A stretch of DNA of 64,000 nucleotides, from contig NC_042997.1 of NCBI RefSeq assembly GCF_006345805.1, positions 100,812,001-100,876,000 of the forward strand, in the 5' to 3' direction. The notes under the pieces were generated by a model. It was not told where the DNA came from. It was given only the letters and a program-made list of their open reading frames with translations, and did not search any database. This document shows, one piece after another, positions 1 to 11,989 of the stretch. Numbering within the stretch: the first letter of the stretch is position 1; the number at the start of each line of letters is the position of its first letter. Both the position numbers and the translations under genes were made by a program. Source of the DNA: Octopus sinensis. Taxonomy: Eukaryota.

Positions 1-336
1 CAGCAGTATCGCCCGGCATTGCTCGGGTTTGTTTCGACCCTTTAGAATTGGAATTTTTGCATTATGTAGCTTGTTATTCTCTTTAAGTGAACATTTTTCT
101 AGTTGAAATACATCGAAAAATGGCGACACAGCAGTCAAAAAATCGTAAAAGAATAGGGATTTTCATAGAAAGAAAGCACCTTTTTGATGTAAATAATTTT
201 TGGTGTTAACATGGTCCGATTTGAATTTTTTCTCAATTTTGGTCAACTTGCGCCGCAGGGTCTCGGAGGAGACAGTGTTAGTTGAAAGATATCAAACCTG
301 CCATACACAGACAACTTCATCTTTATATATATAGAG
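1..336 (-). mobile_element. Non-autonomous Helitron-like element, 3' end at window edge
   Basis: Minus strand starts TCTCTATATATATAAAGATGAAGTTGTCTGT and ends in the GC hairpin CCCGAGCAATGCCGGG. The same architecture is seen at 18197-19656. Confidence 0.55.
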
Positions 337-1183
337 ATTTTAGGGGAGGTTTGTCATTAGAAAACGTTCTTAGCCCGCTCCCACTTAATTTTAAGAGTGT
401 TAGGGTTTGTCCGCGATACTTATATAGCTTCTGCAATCTGTTTTAAGTTTGTGTCTTTTATGCGTCTCAAAATAATTTTTACTTCACCATTTTTTACTGA
501 GACATAGTGTTTCTGTAAGGCATATTGATAGAGTACGGATCTTTGTTTCCTTTTATCGTACTATCCAGTATTCAGCAATCCTTACACAAAGGTTGCGTTA
601 TGCCTCCCCTATGAAGGTTCATTTATCTCATATGGTACGCAACGTCTCTAGTTTTGTAGCTATTGTTTACCAAACTACAATCTGTCGATGCAACTCTAAG
701 TCAGTAAAATGGCAGAGGTAACAACACACGAGTGTGAAATGACAGAACATTTTAATGTGCACATGGGTAAGCAATACAACATCCCCTTTCCAAGACGATG
801 CACTGCTAACCTCCAGGTCACAAACGGTGATAAATCTGCTTTGTATGGAGACTTAGGAAAGACTACAAACCTGCACTGGAACCAGTTATGAGACTGCCCA
901 TCAGATCAGTTTGCAGAGCGAACATCTTCAACTAAAGTCTATCATATTTTCTTTCAGTTATCGTATGCCCAGTAGTAGAAGTATCTATGACAACATTGAA
1001 GGCTTCCTCAACAAAATCACTGAGTATAACCATTACTATGACCTTACAAATGGCATCATAGGTAGTATGGATGTAATATCAAATATCCATTAATTGATAT
1101 AGATTAGGTAGTAGAAAATTGTGTGGAGGTAATATTTGAGAGCAATGTTGTCATTCGCAATGCCAATGCCAGTGAACTAAAGC

Positions 1184-4073
1184 CAATGCCGGAGTTAGGA
1201 AGTTCGGGGCCCAATTAGAGAATTGTCAGTGGCGCCCTCTACTCTACAAAAGCTGAGGAATGATGTTTTATGCTTCGTGTAGTATGCCAGTCCCATCCAA
1301 AAAAGCGTTGCGGGCTTGAGGCTCCACATTAGTCATAATGATATACTAAAAATTGAAAGCTCATATGAAAATTTTAATGTTTTATTACAAGTCAAGGTAA
1401 TTACTGACAAACTGCTTGTGAATAGGCCTTCTAAAAACAGACTTTTCTAGCTTTTTATTATTTTTTTTATTTGAGGAGACTTTCAAAATCATTTCAAAGT
1501 CAATGGTTTTGTAACGTCATTTTCTATAAATAGCATTACTAAATTATTTAGTCTCTCTTGGGAAATTGTTTTAATCAGTTTTAGTTTTGAAAAACTTCTT
1601 TCACCTGATGCGACTGTTACGGTCATTGTTAAGTAAACCCTCAAAGCAATGAAAACATTAAGAAAAGCAGTGAATCTATTGTGTGTTGCCATGTATTCAA
1701 GCAGAGATGGAGGCTTAACAGCATTGAAAGGAAAAAAAGTTTTTAGAGCTTCAAATATTTCACATCTAAATTCAATTCCTTCAGTGAGTTTAATAATGTT
1801 TTATAGAAATCGCCTGTGTTACAATCAACTTTCATAAATTTTATGAAATGTTCATAAACACCCAAAGGAGCCAAGTGACCATCAGACACATACCTGACCG
1901 TTAGAGACATTCGTTCTCGGTGACTCATATCAGGTGTGCAGTCTGAAATTATGGCGTAGTATTTAGCTGCTTTTATGCGTTTGAATATCTCATTCAAAAT
2001 AGTTGTAGCCATAATTCCCTGCAGTTCATTCGTTTCTTGAAAACTTGCTACCAGTGATTTGCATGTTCATTGATGATTTTTTTCATGTTCTTTGTCAATG
2101 GTTTGTCAACTACAAAGTATTTGATACAACTCCCAGTCTCCACGTGACTTCCAAATAGCTCTTAGAAATTTCATGCTCACATAAACTTGTATGATTAGAC
2201 CAGTTGTTGAATACATTTGTTGACAATGCATCGAGTGTATTGTTGCTAATAAGCTTAAAATAAAAGCAATAGACTGGGAGTATATAATCCAAAGTCTTTC
2301 GACCATTTCACCATATGGAGGTTTCGTCTTACATTGAAATTTTGAAAAATACAATCCCTTTCACTGTGTGGAAAAAGGGCCTTTCATTGTTAAATAATTT
2401 TGGCTTACATCTGCTGGCCAGCTGCTCGCCCGGGTCATCAGAAATGCTAACTATGACTGTACTCGTCGATGAGCCATGACTGTGTGATGTTTGGTCATAG
2501 TCTTCATCAGTTATAACTGGACTTCCAGTTTTGGTACTGTCTTCTGGTGCGTTGACATTGTCTTCAACTTGATTCACCGCGGCGTCATCTCTTTCTAAGT
2601 TGTTACCAATTTCGTCATTATATTTATCAACTATAATAGGATTAATGGCTGTGTTGTCATTTTCTGAATCGTTCTTGTTTTCTTCACCTTCAATACGCTG
2701 TTGCTTTTAAAGCTGGAGTAACAAGCAGTTTCGTTATAGCACCTCTTAGTTTTTCATTTTCTGCTGCTTTAGCCTTGGCAAGTGCTTGTTTCTGATAGCC
2801 GCTCAAAAACAGTTTCGCCCTTTGGCTATGTCTGCTTATACTTGCCGTGATGTAAAGGCTTTTCCTATTACTTTTTTTTTTTTTTTAGAAAAGCTAAACG
2901 ATGACAATAAACTGAAATTACAAAACAAAATCATTTACAGTAAAGACACCCTGCCACTGAAAAATAATAGATATGTGCATATACGCATCTTACAAAGCAA
3001 AATATTTTAATTTTAATTTTAAAAACCTTGGAGTAAGAAGAAAAGTATAGGGAGCAAAAGAACAAGTCCTTGTAAATAGAAATGTAAACACTCTCTATGA
3101 TGATGAAGTAAAAACTATTTAAATTAATATGTAGATCTTGAATCTACTTATAACGCAGTTTCTCTATTATATGCAAGTTAAAGACTTCAAGTTGCAGTTT
3201 GACATGCAAGATAAATGGCAATGTTAAACTGAAATTGGGAAACAAATAAACAAACGACGAGCAAGAAAACATTGTAATATAGATATGCAAGAACAGATTG
3301 AATAGTTTCACAGTAATCACAGTATCAAGAAACTTCATGCACACTGGACACTCATTAAACATCTGACTGCTTCAATTTAAAATTAGTGCTTTTCCTAAAA
3401 AATGCTATTTGGGATACTAAAAAATGAAATTTCTTTTTATCTCTTATATTTACTTATCTTTATTTAATCACATCTTATTTTCTTAGAAGACTCTTTTACA
3501 AACATAATTTTCTTTATTTTAACCAAAAGTGAGCTGCAGTTTTCCAAAAATCATCGTACACAAAGAAAGTTGGGTGATCTTGATTATTTCACGTTATTAT
3601 GCGAGGTATAGGTATTTCTATCTTTATAAAAATCTATCTATATACATATTGATTATCAAAATTTTTTAATAGATATGTGTAAAAACCAATAAATACTTAC
3701 CTTTAAACAAAATAACTTGACAGATACGCTATAGAAAAATGCCTCAGGGTAACCAACGGCGTAACTTACTCTTCGGTGTTTGTTGAGTTAGGTGAGCTGA
3801 GCTCATTATGATGCACTGCCTTATCAGATGTTGTCATGCACTCACTTCGCAGAAAATAAATATCACAGTTAAATAAGACGTTTTTCTAATGTCATGGGGT
3901 GAATACGCTTGTCGCACGAAAAGATAAAAAGAATCGTGTGATTATTTTTGCTTGACGCAATCAAAGGGTTTAATTTAATCATAGCGTCCTCAATCGAGCG
4001 TGTGCGAGGGGTCCTCTCTTGGTGCGGGGCTCAGTTTGAATAAATCTATATAATTGGCTTGAAACTGGCTCTG
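1184..4073 (-). mobile_element. Decayed hAT DNA transposon (ZMYM1-like transposase remnant)
   Basis: Minus-strand fragments AKYYAIISDCTPDMSHRERMS and VTVASGERSFSKLKLIK (hAT dimerization motif). Degenerate CA..GCC.G termini. 8-bp TSD ACTAAAGC (1176-1183) / ACTAAAAC (4074-4081). Confidence 0.8.
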
Positions 4074-5339
4074 ACTAAAACTCCTAATAAAACTTACACA
4101 TGTGGATGTCTATCTAAAACATCTCACTTCTCCAGAACAGAATAATTTGAACCACCCGTAATTGTTTCAGCAGTAAAGAAGACCCCCCCCACTAAACGTT
4201 GAAAGATGTGGACTAAATCCGTCTAAACTCCAAGAGATCACGAGCAAATAAGAAGGTGATAGCACATTCTGTTGGTGCTAGTATAAAAAAAACATGCAAA
4301 AAGGGCACAATTTAAATTTGATAATAAATTACATAATCCTTTCTACTATAGGCATCAGGCCTGAAATTTTCGTTCCTAATTGAGAAGTACAGTAATGTAC
4401 TCTCGTTGTGTAGATAATTAAAACTACTCTATAAGATGACAACCAGGAAACAGAAAATAACATGCCATGGAAAAGAACCTGTAGCTAGTAAACTCCATCT
4501 ACGAAAGCATAATATGAGTAGTTACTATCGGTTACTCGTTCAAGCATCCCAACAAAAAGTTACGAGTTCTAGGTACGAAACTGTGGCTAGAAAATATAAA
4601 TAGCAAAAGACAAATCCACCACTTATATGCTTTGAACCTTGTTGTTTCCAATAAGCACCTGACTCGCCAGAGCTTTCTTATGTCAATCGATGCAAAAATA
4701 AACATCTTGATAGCAGATCCAATATAAAGATCATGACGCTCATTTCATGTGTATTCACCCAACGAACAGAGAAAGCAGATAGAGTTCACTCACCATGTGG
4801 AATTTTCTGGATAGAACCAACGAAATCGGACCAGAGTATATAAAAGAGACAGCAAGAGTTTGAAATGATGCTAAACGGTGTGTTGTTTCGTACTGGAACA
4901 AATTCTGGAACACACTTGAAAGAAAAAGAAAAAGCATGACTTGAAAGACACCCGATGTAACTAAAACAAATTACAAAATATGATGTTCATCAATGCTACA
5001 CTCAGAGGTGAACCAGCCTGCAAATTTAGAAAAGCACTTGCCCATCTAAATGATCAATGAAACTTAAATTAACATAAAACTACTTTTCAAAATCTCTAAC
5101 AAAATAGATAGTGATTCATTTGGAATAATCAGCAGGTGCTCCTTGTATTTCAGTTCTCTTCTTCCGATCTTACGTTTTATTGAATTTTTAAAGTTTTTAC
5201 AGAAAAATGAAAATACATATCCTTAGAACCTAGCCGATCCAAAGATTCTAGTCGTACAGGTTATTTTGCTCCATTATTCATTTTTGATATTTGCATTTCA
5301 ATTTCTTTCCACTTTATTCTTCTAATTTAACCCTCAAAC

Positions 5340-5570
5340 CTGTGAGTGAACGCGTGATTTTGTGTATGCATGTCCCTGTGTTTGTGTTTGCCACCCAGCT
5401 ATCTTTTGACGACTGCTGTTGCTTTGTTTACACCCCCATAACTTAGCAGTTTTGCAAAAAAGACCGACAGGATATATACCAGACTTAATAAGTAATGGAA
5501 GTCGATTTGTTCAACTAAAACCCTTCAAGGCGGTGCCCCAGTTCAGCGACTGAAGCAAGTAAAAGAAAAG
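5340..5570 (+). mobile_element. SINE 3' part (family B, LINE-derived tail)
   Basis: AACTTAGC..TTTGCAAAA body and GGCGGTGCCCCAG...CTGAAGCAAGTAAAAGA tail shared with 49037-49447. Confidence 0.6.
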
Positions 5571-5909
5571 GCTAAACTATAGAATCAGCTTTAATTTATA
5601 CATCAACTCGTGGGGACAAAACAAATTAATTCAGAAGTTAATTGCATCTAATTTTTGTTGTTGTATTTAAATACTTCTATCTTCACTTAATGTTTTAATA
5701 TAATAAAAATTATTAATGTCATTAATATTTCCCTCCAAAATATAAATTTTAGTTCAAATTCTAGATATATTTTCACTTTTAATTGCTTAGTCAGCGATCA
5801 CGTATAAAGCGCTATTACTGATTGATGATAAATCAAAATAACATATATATTTAGGGTTAAGAAGTGTTTGACAGAATTGGGACTAAAATTTCGTAGAGAT
5901 AATTAAATT

Positions 5910-6308
5910 CTTTTCTACCCTAGGCACAAGGCCCGAAATTTTGGGGGAGGGAACCAGTCGATTAGATCGACCCCAGTCCGCAACTGGTACTTAATTTATC
6001 GACCCCTAAATAATGGAAGGCAAAGTCGACCTCGGCGGAATTTGAACTCAGAACGTAAAGACAGACGAAATACCTATTTCCTTACTACTCACAAGGGGCT
6101 AAACACAGAGGGAACAAACAAGGACAGATAAACGGATTAAGTCGATTACATCGGCCCCAGTGCGTAACTGGTACTTAATTTATCGACCCCGAAAGGATGA
6201 GAGGCGAAGTTAACCTCAGCGGAATTTGAACTCAGAACGTAACAGCAGACGAAATACGGCTACGCATTTTGCCCGGCGTGCTTTACGGTTCTGCCAGCTC
6301 GCCATCTT
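5910..6308 (-). mobile_element. Dimeric tRNA-derived SINE (family A)
   Basis: Reverse complement of GGCGAGCTGGCAGAA...GAGTTCAAATTCCGCCGAGGTCGACTTTGCC. Perfect 17-bp TSD GTAGAGATAATTAAATT (5893-5909 / 6309-6325). Confidence 0.85.
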
Positions 6309-6406
6309 GTAGAGATAATTAAATTGTGTGACAAATAATACTACTTGAAATATGTGATTGTATTGTGTCGTAAAAATTAAAAAGATGAACTAAATTTGAT
6401 TTTCAG

Positions 6407-6504
6407 TTTCGAATGCTTGGGAAGTTAACAACAAAGAAAGTGAAACTAAAAGTGAAGCCAAAAGTGAAACCAAAAATGTTGGCAAGGTGTCGTTTTTTAA
6501 GTTG
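6407..6504 (+). CDS. ABCB1: ABCB1-like exon, N-terminal cytoplasmic segment
   Basis: tttcag|...|gtaagt. Encodes SNAWEVNNKESETKSEAKSETKNVGKVSFFKL and joins the next exon to give VSFFKLFRYA. The upstream ATG exon was not found. Confidence 0.8.
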
Positions 6505-6646
6505 GTAAGTAGAGAATACATTAATAAACTTGTGTTCAAACAATATATTTCCTCTGCCATTCCATTTGTAATTTTTTTTAACATTATGAGACATAAAAGA
6601 GGACATAAGAAAGCCAATGTAACAACTTAAATAAATAATGTATTTA

Positions 6647-7149
6647 CCGTAAATCCTCGAGTATAATCCGCAGGGGATTTTTAGGGGGCTGTACCTCTGA
6701 AAAACCTAAACCTTGTGTATAATACGCACCCCTTCTCTAATTTGAGTCGTGCGTAATGAAGCCAGCAGCACCTAGTCGAACAAACACTTCTGCGCATCCG
6801 TAATACAATAATGGTGATATTCTTAACTGTTATGTGGGAATGTAAATATGTTCACAAATTGTTTTTGTTACATGTTATTCTGTGTTCTGAATACTTTTAT
6901 TTTAATAAATGTTGCTTACTGCAAGATATGGATGATTCTTTTATGACTTCATTGCTTTCAGGCTTAGCTTAAGGTATTTTCGCGCCCAACATCACAAAAT
7001 GCGTCTGAATAAACATTGCCAGACAACAAATAGAGACTCGAACATTGCTTAGTAATATTTTTCATTTTTAACCTCGTATATAGTACGCACTAGGGATTTT
7101 GACCTTTAAATTTTGGGGAAAAATGCGGATTATACTCTAGGATTTACGG
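6647..7149. mobile_element. Tc1/mariner-pogo type MITE
   Basis: TIRs CCGTAAATCCTCGAGTATAATCCGCA / TGCGGATTATACTCTAGGATTTACGG flanked by TA on both sides. Confidence 0.85.
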
Positions 7150-7290
7150 TATATATTTATTTTGATATCGGAGATAATATGCTACACACTAAAAGAGAAA
7201 AAAAACAAACAAAATAAAACACCCCAACCAAAAAAGGAAAAAAGAAAAGAAGCAAAATCTTTCCAATGTCTAATCTCCGAAATATATAAA

Positions 7291-7460
7291 TATGAGGGGG
7301 CGCCGGAAAGTTCCTGGCTTTGGGAAAAAGAAAATATAGAAGGATCAGATTCACACACTTATTGCAGCGGTCTTCCAGTTTTTCTAAACCCTGTAAAAGG
7401 TCTCTAACCAGGCTTTTCGCGACTCCCTAAAAGCCAGGAACTTTTCAGTACTCTCTCGTA
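7291..7460. mobile_element. Short mariner-type MITE
   Basis: Imperfect TIRs TATGAGGGGGCGCCGGAAAGTTCCTGGCTTT / AAAGCCAGGAACTTTTCAGTACTCTCTCGTA. Confidence 0.7.
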
Positions 7461-8409
7461 TTTATTCTTGCACGTCGAATAACCACGGGGAAGTTTCCTT
7501 GCTAGTTGGCAACGCCATGCAAGTTGTTTTACAGTGTCTCCTTTTATTGTTAACGTCATTAAATATAGAAGCAGGAAACATGGACTCTGGCTGACTTTAT
7601 ACCACTATGTATTTTCTTAATACCATCTCATCTTTTTCATATATATCAAATAACATTGCTGAGTCTGTTTTTAACTAACTTTATAAAAATGATCGAAATT
7701 ATAAATGAATAAAGTATGAAAAGGAGACAAAAATGTGAAATAAGAAAAATTAAAATGGGGAATAATTTAAAAAGAATATTAATGATTTATAAGAAAAATC
7801 GAACATTGTAACACATGTGAAAATACATTAGTTGTAATGAGACAATTTAGTATTGCTTTACATAACATATCTCAGTGGCAGTTGTAAAGAAACAGCACAA
7901 TGGTGGCCTCAATGATATCTCAGCAGTTATTGTTATTGTGACATAAACAGTAGTAGCTGTAATGATGCACCTGTGATGTGGTTTTAATGGTACAGATAAT
8001 AGTTGCAATGACGAAGCTCAGCTCAGTATTGAAACACCTAAGACGTTGTGGTAATGATGCAACTCCGTAAGTAGTGTTATTAATGTTACGTTCAACTATG
8101 GTAAAAACAAAATGGTACAAATCAGTGTTGATTGTAACGAGATAGTGCAGATAGTTGAAATGAAATTTTAGCGATGTCTGTAAAAACGCAAATCAAATCA
8201 GGTCGATCGCAATGAAATAACTCGGTGAGGAGTGTAATGACACAGCTGAGTGATGTTTGTAAAGAAACACCTCAGTAGTGATTGTAATGAGATATTAGTT
8301 GTTTTCGTAATGGCATGATAATTTGAATGAGTATAGATTTCAAAGACGGCGAATGAAGTAGATGTGAGAATTCGTTTTGTAATTTGGTTAAAAAAAAACG
8401 AAAAGAATC

Positions 8410-8590
8410 AGAACAAGAAAAAAAAAAAACAACAACGCGAGGACGTGGTGCGTGAAAACTATTAAACGACGCACAGGGAAGGAAAGAAAGGGTGTTTTAC
8501 GTTTCGATCAAAGCTCTCCTTCAGAAACAGATGAGAGGAAAGTTCAAGAAAAAAGGAAGACGGAGGAAAAAAATCGCCAACAGTCCACAT
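8410..8590 (-). mobile_element. Short PLE-type element with decayed hammerhead, related to 62990-63190
   Basis: Minus strand TGTTT-CTGAAGG-A-GAGC-TTT-GATC-GAAA-CG-TA-AAACA. Flanks resemble the reverse complement of 62990-63190 and, more distantly, 52010-52200. Confidence 0.6.
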
Positions 8591-8595
8591 ATAGC

Positions 8596-8743
<148 letters not shown>

Positions 8744-8957
8744 GTTAGAAGTATTGGGGGTGAAGTACAGATTTAATACATATGAAGGAAAAAGGTGTTC
8801 AGAATGCTGGATGGTTGTAAAAATATATATTTATTTACATATCACATATTATTTCTTCATATTAGCGCTTTCAACTACTGTATTTTCTGATGAAATATAT
8901 ATTTTTACAAACATCCAGCATTTTGAACACCTTTTCTTTCATATATATATATATATA

Positions 8958-9029
<72 letters not shown>

Positions 9030-9245
9030 GTTCACACAAACACATACACATACATAATGAAATCTTATGTTCTTGAATCCTATAACAAATTCAACTTGAA
9101 GGTCAACACTTTATGTGATTAAAAATGATTTTAGCTGAACAAAATTTTCCCTCTGTAAAATATAGCAGTGACCCAGGAACTTTTGTCGTTTTCTTTCAAA
9201 TAACTACTGCAGATATTTTTAGATATTTGTGGTAATTGTTTATAA

Positions 9246-9602
9246 TTCTCTATTTATGAGATGAAGAATTATGTACATTATTTACATTATTTATATTTGA
9301 CGGATATTTGTCCTCATTTGGTTTGTTGTTAACACAACGTTTCGGTTGATATACCCTCCAGCCTTTATCAGGTGTCTTGCGGGATGTTTCGAACCGGGAT
9401 TCTTATTCCTAAGGTATTTTTCGATGTTATTATTATTATTATTATTCACTTCCTGGAATCGAACTCGGAATCTTGGGGCTAGTAGCCAGCGCTCTTCTCC
9501 ACTACGGTATATACCCGTAGTGGTTAAGAGCGCGGGCTACTAACCCCAAGATTTCGAGTTCGATTCCAGACAGTGACCTGAATAATAATAATAATAATAA
9601 TG

Positions 9603-9635
<33 letters not shown>

Positions 9636-11651
9636 GTAATAATAATAATAATGATAATAATAATAATAATAATTATTGAATAATTGGCAAATAAATGAAT
9701 AAATGAATAAATGAATAAATGGCAAACAGTCCTACACCTCCAAACAAAAGAGGGACTCATGAAAACCAAAGACATCCCCATTAGAAGAGGAATATTCCAG
9801 GGAGACACGTTCTCTCCACTCCTTTTCTGCTTGGCACTGTCACCTCTATCTGATATGCTAAATAGAACTGGATGCGGATATAAATGTTACGGCAAAACGA
9901 TCAGCCACCTTTTATATATGGATGACCTAAAACTATACGCTGCAAATGACAAACAGCTGGAAACACTATTAAAGACAGTTCATGGATTTACCAAAGAAAT
10001 AGATATGAAATTTGGATTAGAAAAATGCGCCAAAGTAACCATGAAAAGAGGAAAACTAGTTAAGAGTAACAACATCACACTAGATAAAACCAATGAAATA
10101 AAAGAATTAGACCAAAGCCAAACTTACAAATACTTAGGAATCCATGAACTAGATAAGACACAACACACACAAATGAAAGAGAAAATAAAAAAAGAATATT
10201 ATAGACGAGTTAGATCAATACTAAACACAGAGCTCAATGCTAAAAACAAGATAATAGGTATCAACACTTTAGCTGTCCCAGTTATAAGTTACAGCTACAA
10301 TATCCTTAACTGGACACGAAATGAACTGACCAAAATAGATAGGAAAACAAGAAAAATAATGACAGGATCTAGGATGCATCACCCAAAATCTGACATAGAA
10401 AGACTATATATACAACGTATAGAAGGTGGTAGAGGCCTTATACAGCTGGAAAACTACTATAATATAACCACCATAGGACTGCAAAAATATCTACTTCAGA
10501 AGGAAGGAAAACTGATCCAGATAGCGGCAAAACACGAGCAAAACAAAAAACTGTTCTCAGTATTTAAGGAAGCTGACAAATACAAACAAGAAATCATAGC
10601 ACCTAATAAACATGAAGAAGAAGAAGAAGATGGAGAAACAACAAAAGCTATAAAACAAATGAAATCCAAACTAAAAATAGAACAGCAACGAACCATGATA
10701 AAACGATGGCAAGAAAAGCCCCTTCATGGTAAATACTGGACTAAACTAAACGCAAAAGAAATAGACAAAGAAAAATCCCAGCAATGGTTGAGAAGCTCAG
10801 GACTCAAAGCAGAAACAGAGGGATTTTTAATTGCAGCACAAGACCAAAGCCTCCCCACCAGAAATTACCAAAAACATGTAATGAAAAGAAATATAACAAG
10901 TAACTGCAGAATATGTGGAGATGGACAAGAAACAATAAATCATATTATCTCTAGCTGCCCAGTCCTGGCTAAGAAGGATATATTCACAGACATGACAGAG
11001 TTGGAACCTACATACATTGGAAGCTATGCCAACATTATGGAATAACAACAGAAAAAAGATGGTATAGGCGCACACCAGAAAAGGTCACAGAAAACGAGAA
11101 AGCAACCATACTCTGGGATATGCCGATACACACAGACAGAGAAATTAAGGCCAACAGACCAGATATAGTTGTCAGAGACCATGAAGAAAAAAATGCTTTC
11201 TAATTGATGTATCAATACCGGCTGATGAAATTAAGGCCAACAGACCAGATATAGTTGTCAGAGACCATGAAGAAAAAAATGCTTTCTAATTGATGTATCA
11301 ATACCGGCTGATGACAACGTGTCTCTAAAAGAAATGGAGAAACTCTCAAAATACAAAGACCTGGAAATAGAGGTAACTAGAATGTGGAATCTGAAAACAG
11401 AAACAATTCCTATCATAGTAGGTGCACTAGGCATGATAAAAAAATATTCAGACAAATACATAACAAAAACACCAGGACTTACAAACACATATAACATACA
11501 GAAAATTGCACTACTAGGCACTGCACACATCCTACGCAGAACACTTTCCATACAATAACCATCAGAGCATCACAACAAACCACAGCACATACCCAAGGCA
11601 CACAGAGCTGCGCTCGGTAGGGAAGTGAAAGCACGCTATAAAATAAAACTA

Positions 11652-11716
<65 letters not shown>

Positions 11717-11871
11717 TAATAATAATAATAATAACAACAACAACAACATCGAAAAATACCTTAGGAATGAGAACCTCGGTTCGAAATTTCCCCAAGACAC
11801 CTGATGAAGGGCAGTTGAAACGTTGTTAACAACAAGATGAGGACAAATATCCGTCAAATGTAAATAATGTA
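9246..11871. mobile_element. Palindromic tRNA-headed hammerhead SINE (family C), interrupted by an R4/Dong LINE
   Basis: Left arm 9246-9506. The right arm is split into a head at 9517-9580 and a body at about 11650-11871. Both arms match the uninterrupted copy at 46610-47111. Confidence 0.8.
9690..11655 (+). mobile_element. 5'-truncated R4/Dong-like non-LTR retrotransposon (RT + CCHC + restriction-like endonuclease)
   Basis: ORF 9711-11045 has GIFQGDTFSPLLF, YMDD, YKYLG and CRICG..ETINHIISSC. Frameshifted RHD, NRPDIVV, IDVSIP, KLSKYKDL follow. AATAAA at the 3' end and (TAA)n on both sides. Confidence 0.85.
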
Positions 11872-11989
11872 AATGTTTATATACTTTAAATCATAATATT
11901 CCAAAACTCGATTCGCGTAAATGGCGCAAATCTGCAACGAATAGCTGTGTCTGACTCTTGTTGTTGGTGGTGGTGGGGCTCTCAGTGAA

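Noticed and set aside
4380-5100. Candidate first (ATG) exon of the ABCB1-like gene
   Set aside because: No convincing phase-1 donor or homology was found, so the start exon is left unassigned.
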